From the NCBI RefSeq assembly GCF_006345805.1, contig NC_043021.1, forward strand, positions 14,322,001 through 14,386,000: a stretch of 64,000 bases of DNA. Reading direction: 5' to 3'. A model generated the notes under the pieces. That model searched no databases. It saw only the letters and a program-made list of their open reading frames with translations, and was not told the DNA's origin. Source of the DNA: Octopus sinensis (taxonomy: Eukaryota). Every line of letters starts with the position of its first letter. The first letter of the stretch is position 1. This document shows, piece after piece, positions 54,209-64,000 of the stretch. Position numbers and translations under genes: made by a program.

Positions 54209-55097
54209 TTTCAACTTCTTTACGTTGCTTTCTCTTAACCCTTAGAATTTGTTTAAAAAAAAAAAGATTTTTTTTTTAAGCTTTCAACACAAAGGATTAA
54301 ATTTAAATTATTATTATTATTAATTAGCACAGCTTTTTTTTTTTTTTTTTTGGGTTTTGTTTCGTTTCCTATTTGTGATGGTATAATAATATAATCTTGT
54401 AATTAATTATTGCAGTCGTCGCGCAATACAGAATCCGATTTCGTGATGTCTTGGTTTGGTTGGAAGGTAAAAAAGAAAGAAATTCTTTTCCGAATTTTTG
54501 AAATAATTTAAACAGAAAAAAATATGAAATTTCCTTCTTCACTTAGAGATTCGGTAAAATTTTTTTTGGACCCCTGAGGTATGTATGTATATTATATATA
54601 TACGTAATATATATATATATAATATACAGTACACACAAACACACCTTATCCCTTTTCTTCACTGGTAGAAGTGGTGTGTCTCGTCTCTCCAACCGTCTTT
54701 GCTCTCACACACACACTCTCTTCCAGTTATATATATTATATATGTAGATATATATATATATATATAGAAAGAGAGGACGAGAGAAAGGGATGAGGAGGTA
54801 GTGAGGAGGAGACCTTTTTTGTTGTTTTGGGATGTTGTTGTACACAAATTTAGATATAGAGAGAGAAAATATCTTTAAGGGGAGGGCTTCCAGCCAGAAA
54901 AAAATCTGCTAAAAAAAGGGGGGGTAACGAAATGAGTGTCTAGCCAGAGAGACACACACACACATGTAACACACAACTCCTTGGTGATCTCTCCCCTCAG
55001 AACTGCCGGGTCCGAGTAATACAGCCTCCGTTGAAGAGCGTATAAGCCCGATCTAGAGCGAGCTTATTCCTTGTGGCAAGCGGGGGGTGTACAGGTT

Positions 55098-55140
55098 GCT
55101 CACTGAACTACACGAAATACAACAGCTGCTGCTTATTACA
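55098..55140 (-). promoter_or_regulatory. Candidate SERCA core promoter (Inr-like TTCAGT, TATA-like TAATAAG at about -30, E-box CAGCTG)
   Basis: Minus strand tgtaataagcagcagctgttgtatttcgtgtagttcagtgagc, inside a CpG-rich patch about 0.9 kb upstream of the ATG. Motif-only evidence. Confidence 0.3.
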
Positions 55141-55368
55141 ACCCTATTGCTCTCTCTCACTCTACCTCTCACCCCTCTCGCTTTCTTTTTTTTCCTTCGC
55201 CACTCTCTCTTTTACTCTCTCATTCTCTCTCTTGCCCTCTCTCTCTCTCTCTCTCTTTCTGTCTATCTTTAACACACGGTCTTACATATTTACATAATTT
55301 ACATTTACACACTCATGCATTTTATATACATGTACGTATATACGTATATGTGTACGCCTAATTGTGTG

Positions 55369-55401
<33 letters not shown>

Positions 55402-55515
55402 TCATGTTGATATATATACACACACACATACATTCATACGTACATACATACATACATACATACATACATACATACATACATGCATGCATGCATGCATGCA
55501 TACATACATACATAC

Positions 55516-55548
<33 letters not shown>

Positions 55549-57959
55549 GCTTACAGACTAATATAGCATGCACAATTATTTCCGCTGTTTGAGCACACAC
55601 ACACACACACATACACACACACACACATACACACACACACACATACACGCACACGCACACACAGAACTCGCTATAGAAAGATAGGTATACAACTTTCTAT
55701 AACCAACCATTTTACGCTTTATTGAGTACAGTTTTCACACAACGTTGAATTCTCGAACATTTTTGACATTTTCTTCCCCCCCAAGTATTGTTAGTATCAT
55801 CATTGTTATTTTAAAAATAGTTCGTTTTTTTTTTTTAATGATTGTTTATATATTTATATAATCATTTATTTATATTTTATTTTTTTCCCCTTTCTGCTTG
55901 TTGCTTCTTTCTTCCTCTTTCTCTCTCTCTCTCTCCATGATTTTTGTCAACGACCGTTTTTCACTTGAAGACAGAAAGTGGACCAGTCCAGAAATTCCAA
56001 GTACTAAATAGCAGAAGATTTTTTTAACAAAAATAAATACATAGAGAAAAAAAAAAATGTCCCTTTATTTATTTATTTATTTATTTATTATATTTTTCTC
56101 ACACCCCCTCCACCTCTCTATCTACTGCGGTACCCGTACCCGTACTCTTACCTTGCAATCGTCTCCTCACCTTACCGATTTCTAAAAGAAGATTCACCCA
56201 CCCGCCTCCCATCTTACCACCAGCACTACCAATTGCCAAATTTGAACTCGCAGTGCAACAGTTACTTGAGTCAGATCATTGTTCTGATTGCTGTTTTTTG
56301 GGGGTTATTTTTGCTCTCTATTTATTTATTTATCTAGTTACTTACTTACTCTCGTCCCAGGTCAGCTCCGATCCTGCAAAAATTAAAGAGGAAAGGTGTT
56401 CGTTCTAGCCCTGTTTACCCACCTCTCAACCCATCTTTTTGGCCTAAGTACACCTAGGTCTGTCTGCATTACAGTGCTAGCTTTAACCACTCCGTTTCTC
56501 CCCCCCCCCACCATTCGCTTTCTTTTTCTTTCTTTCTCTTTTTTTTTCTTTTTCTAGGACGGTAGGATATGATTCGAGCAATATAGCAATATTTGGCTGC
56601 TATTTCTAACCGGTCGAGCGACCTTGTGGGTAGACACGATGCTACCACTTAATTATATAAACATGAGTTCTCCACTTAACGGGGGAAAAAACTCTCCTAT
56701 TTTCAGGTCATTATGTAACACGGTGTATCATTTTTAAAAGTTTGTTTTTCTAAACCCATATTCATTGTGATGTAAATTGTTTTTGTTTTTTAAATTCTAC
56801 CTCACAACCTTATTTCAGGTAAGCTACATGTTGAGTGAGTATCGTCCGCGTATTTCTCAGATGGAAAATCTCACCTATTTTTCATTCAGATTATTATTTA
56901 ACATTTTTATTTTAAATTTAATTTTTTCTTTCTATTTCTAAAACTATATTCGTTGTGGAGTAGAATTTCTTCTTTAAAACCAGTTCACAACTTTAAAGGT
57001 AAGCTCCCTGTCAAGCGACCGGCCATCATCTCATTTTAAATCGTAAACATTTCCCCTTTCGCTTAATTTTCACCTTATTTCTTTTTAGTCGAGAGGGTGT
57101 GTGTACGTGTGTGGTGGGACTGCTTGAACGCCCCACAATCTCATTTTCCTTTATTTATTTTTTTAAATCCTTGTTTAAAGTATATAAAGAAATCTCCCTG
57201 AGGTATCTGATTTCATTACACCTAAATTTGTTACGTCCTCAAAACGAATATTCAATAAAATAAATAGAAATGCAAGAATGCCACCACATCCCCATATCGT
57301 CTGCCTTTCATTTCTTACTAACGTGTGACTGTAACCTAAAATTAAAGCAGTCGTTATCAATTATGTTGTTTTCCCCGGAGTCGACAAATAGTCAAAGGTG
57401 CTCCAACCACGACTATTCTTTCAACATTTAACGTGTCTTTCTTTCTCATGTGGTAGGTTTGTGTGATTTGAAAGGAATTTATCTGGTATTTTTTTGCTAT
57501 TTTAGACAGATTGAGGGACCGCGTTAAAAGGCAGTCGTTATTCGTGTTACTGTTTAACCCCGGGTCAGCGTTGACCGAACAAACTTAGGATTAGAAGCGT
57601 TCCAGTCGTGACTATTTCGTTTTATTTTATCGAACCGCGGCAGGATATGAATTGAAGAAATTTCGACTATTCTTTCTAGCGGGTGGAACAAACTGCAAAG
57701 AGAGTCTCTTTCATAAGCTGTGTAAAGTGTAGGACTCCCGACCTTTAAAAAACCCTTAATGGTAGCTGTTTCGTTTCACTGAAACGTCACTTGTGATACC
57801 AATATTTATTACTTTTTTTTTTCAGTTCGATTCTTTTGACGAATCGCTATGTTATTAGTACTAAACACCAAACTCTGATTGCTAAGTGGTGTGAAGGCAG
57901 AGAACAAAATACATGCACAAGCTCATACATGCATGCATGCATGCATACATACATATATG

Positions 57960-58531
57960 TATTGGGTTGTCCGGAAAGTTCGTGCCGATTTATAGTAGCT
58001 TACCTTTTGACTTAATTTAGAACATGGTTGAGTCCATAAAGTAGGATTTGACTACACCTCCATTTAGAGTACAGCTTAAGCTATCTTTTCGTGGAAGAAG
58101 GTTTATGTTCCTATAGTCTGTGTTAATTCAGTAACCCTTTAAAAATGGAAAATAAGAAAGTTCATTTTCGGCACTTAATGCTTTGGGAACTAGACAAAAA
58201 TTGCTGCAACTCGGCTGGGATGTGTTACCCCACCCTCCATATTCACCAGATATTGCTCCTTCGGATTTCCACTTATTCAGGTCTCTGCAGAATAGTCTTA
58301 ATGGTAAAAAATTTCAATTCCTTGGATGACGTAAAAAGATACCTTGATGAATTCTTTGCCACGAAACCACCTCAATTCTGGGAAGAGGGTATTTTCAAGT
58401 TAAAGGAAAGATTGAGACGCATTATGCAACAAAATGGTTCATATTTGGTTGATTAAAAATGTAATGGCAAGTATTTATTGACCTTTTTCTTTCCTTTAAA
58501 AAACGGCACGAACTTTCCGGACAACCAATAT
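57960..58531 (+). mobile_element. Internally deleted mariner element (~570 bp)
   Basis: ~30-bp TIRs ttgggttgtccggaaagttcgtgccg and cggcacgaactttccggacaaccaa, with TA at the flanks. N-terminal MENKKVHFRHLMLWE is joined to LGWDVLPHPPYSPDIAPSDFHLF (YSPDIAPSD at 58240-58266) and a frameshifted C-terminus ending NGSYLVD*. Confidence 0.92.
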
Positions 58532-58534
58532 ATA

Positions 58535-58810
58535 CATACATACGGATGTATGTATGCAACGGAATATGCCTGCTTGTGAAATCCACGTGCAAGTGGCTGA
58601 GTACTCCGCAAACACGTGTACTCTTAGCATAGTTCTCGGAGAGATTCAACGCGACACAGAATTTGTCGAGTTCGGCCCTCTGAAATGCAGGTATAACTCG
58701 TTTCTACAGGTGAGTAAACTAGAGCAATGAGAAATAAAGGGTCTTGCTCAAGGACACAGGGCGCTGCCGGGTATCGAACTCACGGTCGTGAGCTGAATAT
58801 ATTAACCACT
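58535..58810 (-). mobile_element. SINE family C, diverged or chimeric copy
   Basis: gtgcaagtggctgagtactcc..acacgtgta...tagttctcgg.gagattca matches 59084-59467. Confidence 0.7.
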
Positions 58811-59083
58811 GAACCATGTCTCTTCAGATACACACGCGCGCTCTCACAACGTGCTTCGTTCAGTTTCCGTCTGCCAAATCCACTGAACCCAGAACCATGT
58901 GGCTGGGGAAACAAATTTCTTACCACACTGCCCCTGTATGTTAGAATTGTTTAAAGGTAAGCACCCGTCCACGACCTCATTTTACTTACCAGGTGTCACC
59001 GATTTCACTTAATTTGCGTTTAGAATATTCACGAAAGAAAAAAATTATAATAAATTAATTTTTTTTTTAAATAAAATAAAAAT

Positions 59084-59467
59084 GGAAGCACTCCGTCGGT
59101 TACGACGATGAGGGTTCCGGTTGATCCGAATCAACGGAACAGCCAGCTCGTGAAATTAACGTGTAAGTGGCTGAGCACTCCACAGACACGTATACCCTTA
59201 ACGTAGTTCTCGGGGATATTCAGCGTGACACAGAGAGTGACAAGGCCGGCTCTTTGAAATACAGGTACAACAAAAACAGGAAGTAAGAGTGAGAGAAAGT
59301 TGTGGCGAAAGAGTACAGCAGGGATCACCACCATCCCCTGCAGGAGCCTCGTGGAGCTTTAGGTGTTTTCGCTCAATAAACACTCACAACGCCCGGTCTG
59401 GGAATCGAAACCGCGATCCTATGACCGCGAGTCCGCTGCCCTAACCACTGGGCCATTGCGCCTCCAC
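59084..59467 (-). mobile_element. SINE family C, full length, low divergence
   Basis: Head gtggaggcgcaatggcccagtggttagggcagcggactcgcgg...ggtttcgattccc has clear A and B boxes. Colinear with 63209-63589. Confidence 0.88.
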
Positions 59468-59596
59468 AAATAAAATAAAAGTGAAACTATATCAACACCA
59501 TGCAACCACATGTTCCTTTGATCATTTATCGAAGGTCTAACTGATTTCAGTTACTGGTGGAAGAGTGGGGTGGTGAAGAACCCTTAAAAGAAAGTT

Positions 59597-60250
59597 TTAA
59601 GGCAAAGGTTCACAACCATTTTTCACCTATGGACCCCCTTTGATTATTATTTCAATTCTGGCGGACCCCTAAAGCCATTCGATGTTTAAAAACTAGTTTT
59701 ATTGAAACTTCTTTCCAAATTCCTATTTTGCTTTTCGTGGAGGCGCAATGGCCCGGTGGGAATCGCGGTTTCGATTCCCAGACCGGGCGTTGCGTGTGTT
59801 TATTGATCGAAAACACCTAAAGCTCCACGAGGCTCTGGCAGGGGGGGTGGCGACCCCTATTGTACTCTTTCGTCCCAACCTTCTCTCACTCTTTCTTCCT
59901 GTTTCTTGAGTAACGCTGCGATGGACTGGGATCCCGTCTATCTTGGGAGGAACACATACGCCATAGAAACCGGGAAACCGGGCCCATGATCCTGGCTAGG
60001 CTTGAAAAGGGCGCATAAATTTGGCTTTTCACACATTAACTTGAGTAGGTTGTGTTATGTAAAATGTTAGAGAAAGAAACCCAGCTGTTTCTTGCAATAC
60101 ATACAAATACATACATCTAAAACAAAATTTTTTCAGGGGCCCTTAAAATACTATTGTGGATCCCGAATTTACTATTTTGTTACATGGACCCCCCAAAAAT
60201 TTATGTAGACCCTCAGGGGCCATACGGACCCCGGTTGAGAATCACTGCTT
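59597..60250. mobile_element. hAT (Charlie-like) MITE interrupted by a family-C SINE at 59737-60020
   Basis: Ends caaaggttcacaacc and ggttgagaatcactg, with internal ggacccc subterminal motifs. The SINE is flanked by tttgcttttc and ttggcttttc, a likely TSD. Confidence 0.65.
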
Positions 60251-60439
60251 TAAAGGATCTTTTGGTAGCGAGCCAAATCAGCGATTGGGTTTCGATTGCC
60301 AATCGGAGTAGTTCCTTTAAATTCGATTTTGTTTCTTTTCAAACTTACATCACTCCACCCATACCTCATCCTAATCCACTCCCAGGATGTGAATGAACGC
60401 CACAACATGCCATTTGTTCCTTTAACAGCTCATCGGGTA

Positions 60440-60850
60440 CCAGCAACCAATATTGGTTTCAAATTTTGGCACAAGGCCAACATGTTTGGCCGAGGTGGGA
60501 AGGTCGATTACATTGACCCCAGGGCTCAAATGGTAACTTATTTTATCGACCCCAAAAGGATGAAAAGCAAAATCAACCTTGCTGGGATTTGAACCCAGAA
60601 AATAAAGACGTACGAAGTGTCACTAAGCATTTTGTTCGGCGTGCTAACGATTCTGCAAGCTCGCCGCCTTTCATCAGCAACTAATAACGGTTTCAAATCC
60701 TGGCACAAGGCCAGAAGGTTCGGCGGTGGGACAGATCAATTACATCGACCCCATTGCTCAGATGGTACTTATTTTATCGACCCCTTTAGGATAAACGTCA
60801 AAGTCGACCTGGGCGAAATTTGAACTCAGAACGTAAAGACGGACGAAATC
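60440..60850 (-). mobile_element. Two tandem SINE family B copies
   Basis: Same motifs as 48570-49205. Confidence 0.8.
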
Positions 60851-61839
60851 CTGTTCTTAGAAAAATACATGAACGCCACCCAATCATATGCTCCTTCGAA
60901 AGATTTTTGGTGCAGACGAGGGTTTGGTTTATTAAATCAACTCCAGAGCATGGCCATCTCTGCAGCTTTATAGGTCCCTAGGCAAATCAATGCACTGTGG
61001 ACCCTGTTGTATGTATTTATTGATAGCAAACCACAACATACAAGATAGACCAGAATTGGGCACCTAGACTCCCGAAGAACCCTGGGCAACTGTCCAGTAT
61101 ACCCGTTCTTTAAGGCGGCCGTACTTCATAGCTTGAATGTTATATGAGAGGCAGAACCATTAAAGCTTTGGATAGAATGCTTTGCGGTATATGCTCCATC
61201 GTTATGCGTTCTGAGTTTAAATCCTGTTGCGTTCAATTTTGCCTTTCATCCTTTCGTGGAATCGATAAAAACAGCTGCGTAGCGTTAGTTTTGGCCTCTC
61301 TCTTCCTTAAACCTAACATGTTTTTGATTACAATAAACACACGTATAATAGTAGATAGAGTGGCCGCCCTTTGAGACCCTAACACATAATCCACATATCC
61401 CTCGCTACGCCACTACGATACTATTAAGAACTAGTCAGGTACTGGGTTTCATTCTTTCCTGTCTGTCTCTGTCTCTCTCTAAATTGGCTGCTGCATTGCA
61501 CTATGATAAGGGTCGTGAGAAACAGTAGCGTAACTGATGGGGGCACGCGAAAGGGATGATCTGCCCCGGACAGCACTTTTAAAGGAGCAGCACTTTTCGA
61601 TCTGTCGTATAATCCTGCACAGGTTGGGGCCCGCAGTGCGGTAGCAGCAAACTTAAAGGTTGCTCCAGACGGCACACACTCTAGCTACACAGAGACCTTT
61701 TCTCCCGAAATGGAGAAAAGGATAAACGAAGGAGTTAGAGACCTTTTCTCATACAAAACGAAAACAGAAAAAAAAGTGGAGGGTGGATCTAATATGAAGT
61801 TATAACATGGAACAGATATAAATGGGAGCAAGAAAGATT

Positions 61840-62300
61840 AGAAATATAGCAACTAGTACTAGTAATATCTTGGTATCATCATGTACCATGTTTTCATTAA
61901 TGTCTTTAGGTGTCTATGTCGTCGTGAGCAAGCACAGCTACCTGCTACCCTTTCGACTTTTGGCCCTCTTGATCTTTGACCCTCTAGATCTTTGACCCTC
62001 TGGATCTTTGACCTAGTGGAACAGCTAAGATGTAACAACCAAAGGGATAGAGAGCTGCACCAGCACTGATCCACCACAAGGCCCAATCCTTATTGTTATG
62101 TGCTGACCTGAGTGCCTTAATAACCCTGAGAGCTATATCAGTAGAGTGCAAACTCTTGGTAGTGCAAGCTCTTGGCCTCCCTGCTGGACAGGTCAAAGGA
62201 TAGAGACCAGACTAGTATGGACCACCTCTTCCCAGATGTAAAAATGGGTCTGTATAGAGTCGACAACCCTGCCAAAAGAAAAAAAAGACCGGATTTACAG
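61840..62300 (+). mobile_element. Probable retroelement (LINE 5'-region-like) fragment
   Basis: GC-richer segment with gatctttgacc three times and a ctccctgctggacaggtcaaaggatagag...aaaccctgcc pattern I associate with RTE/CR1 5' regions. No coding motif recognised. Confidence 0.3.
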
Positions 62301-62869
62301 AAGCTTTGATGACAATTGGAAACCAACAAGATCTGAAAGAGGAAGGCCTTCCTTCAAGGAAACGTATGATGTGGTGCAGCAGAATGTGAAAGAACAGGTC
62401 ACACCTTATGGAAACCAGCATCCTGCATTACACGTCATACCCTAACCTGGGACCCACGATGCAAGTAGAAGAGAGAATGGTACCCCAAAATAGCTGAAGG
62501 TAGGATACAGTGACAGAGCTGAAAAAAGGCAGGGAGAAGATAAGAGAGGAGCAGAAAAGTCAGTTTAGATTTGAGAACAGAACAGCAGAGGAAAGCTTTC
62601 TCTTAGGGAAACATGTGATAAGGTACAGCAAAATCTGAACGGACAGGCCACACCATATGGGAACCAGCATCCTGCTCTGACCTAGAACTCAGAAGAGAGA
62701 GAGAAGAGAAAATAGCTGGCAGTAGGGTATTGAGGTAGAGCTGAAAAAGCAGGGATCTAATATGAGGGGTGCGGAAAAGACAGCCCAGAAAAGACGAGAA
62801 TGCAAGAGAAAAGTCGTCGATGGCTCCGCAGTGTATTTTATTTATCGACCCAAAAATATTAGTTTCAAA

Positions 62870-63080
62870 TTTTAGCACAAGGCCAGCAATTTCGGGGTGG
62901 GAGGTGGGTAAGCCGATTACATCGACCCCAGTGCTCAACTGATACCTATTTTTATCGACCCCGAAAGGATGAAAAGCAAAGCTGACCTCGACAGAATTTG
63001 AACTCAGAACGTAAAGACGGACGAAATGTCGCTAAGCATTTTGCTCGGCGCGGTAACACTTCTGCCACCTCGCGACCTTA
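62870..63080 (-). mobile_element. SINE family B copy
   Basis: gcacaaggccagcaatttcgggg ... atcgaccccgaaaggatgaaaagcaaag ... gaatttgaactcagaacg. Confidence 0.85.
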
Positions 63081-63208
63081 TGAATCCCCGAAATATTAAA
63101 AGGTAAAGTTGGAGATTTGAACTCAGAGCGCACGAATAAATTCTGCCTATCCGATGCTCTGTTGATTCTGCCATTAACATTTTGTTAGTAATACATTACT
63201 CAAAATCG

Positions 63209-63589
63209 TGGCACTTCGTCGGTTACGACGACAAGGGTTCCAGTTGATCCTATCAACGAAACAGCCTATTTGTGAAATTAGCGTGCAAGTGGCTGAGCAC
63301 TCCACAGACACGTGTGCCCTTAACGTAGTTCTCGGGGAGATTCAGCGTGACACAGAGTGTGACAAGGCTGGCCCTTTGCAATACAGGTACAACAGAAACA
63401 GGAAGAAAGAGTGAGAGAAAGTTGTGGTGAAAGAATACAGCAGGGTTCATCACCAACCCCTGATGGGGCCTCGTGGAGCTTTAGGTGTTTTCGCTCAATA
63501 AACACTCACAACGTTCGGTTTGGGAATCGAAACCGCGATCCTTCAACCGCGAGTCCACTGCCCTAGCCACTGGGCCATTGCGCATCCAC
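63209..63589 (-). mobile_element. SINE family C, full length
   Basis: Colinear with 59084-59467. Confidence 0.88.
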
Positions 63590-63639
63590 ACAGTACTCAA
63601 TACCATTTAACTATCAGTGATATTATTACTGCATTAATT

Positions 63640-63835
63640 GAGGTGGCAAGCTGGCAGAAGCATCAGCACTTCAGCCAAAATGCTCGGCACCATTTTCGCT
63701 CCCCTCTGCGTTCTGAGTTCAAACGCCTTCGAGGTCGACTTTGCCTGTCATTCTTTCGGGGTCGATAAAATAAGTACTACTTGGACACTGGGGTCGATGT
63801 AATCGACTTACCCACTCCCCCGAAAATTGCTGGCC
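63640..63835 (+). mobile_element. SINE family B copy
   Basis: gaggtggcaagctggcagaag ... ctgagttcaaa ... ttcggggtcgataaaataagtac ... aaaattgctggcc. Confidence 0.82.
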
Positions 63836-64000
63836 CAGAAAGTCCCACGGGCTGCAATTTGCCCATGACCGCTCTACTAGGTTGCTCGTTGTGCTAGAAA
63901 TAGCAGTCAAATGTTCTTCAAATCATGCCCAACCTTCTTAGACAAAGGTGCCTTTGATAATCTCGCCATGCATTCTCTCGTACACAGGGAAAAGATGGGA

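Noticed and set aside
54998-55015. CAGAACTGCCGG, identical to the exon 2 acceptor and start, as a possible duplicated exon 2
   Set aside because: It is on the opposite strand, the match is only 12 nt, and it diverges immediately (GTCCGA versus CTGAGG).
59395-59467. tRNA gene
   Set aside because: A and B boxes are present, but they continue into a multi-copy SINE body, and I could not fold a complete cloverleaf with an acceptor stem.

Overview
AT-rich, microsatellite- and SINE-dense eukaryotic DNA. From memory the repeat families resemble those of Octopus/coleoid cephalopods; this is an inference, not a database result. The window holds the 5' part of one large minus-strand gene, the sarco/endoplasmic reticulum Ca2+-ATPase (SERCA/ATP2A). 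Coding exons 1-4 lie at 54208-54091 (118 nt), 25717-25700 (18 nt), 18334-18252 (83 nt) and 4604-4500 (105 nt), all with GT-AG borders. They splice to 108 aa: MDLAHAKT...KYGPNELPAEEGKPLWE...AVVGVWQ. Introns 1-3 are 28,373, 7,365 and 13,647 nt; exon 5 lies beyond position 1. The rest is intron or upstream sequence with at least three tRNA-derived SINE families, TTAA-flanked and hAT MITEs, mariner relics, RTE-like LINE fragments and simple repeats, which account for nearly all other ORFs in the track. Best leads: (1) a CpG-retaining domain inside intron 1 (~34.5-41.4 kb) containing a phase-compatible candidate alternative SERCA exon (37617-37712) next to a perfect 19-bp hairpin; (2) a strong 24-nt candidate micro-exon and a cluster of splice donors about 2 kb upstream of the ATG; (3) an antisense SINE that offers an in-frame 69-nt cassette exon just after exon 4; (4) a small array of palindromic units at 12.5 kb. 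None is proven from sequence alone. Repeat coordinates are approximate unless termini are quoted.
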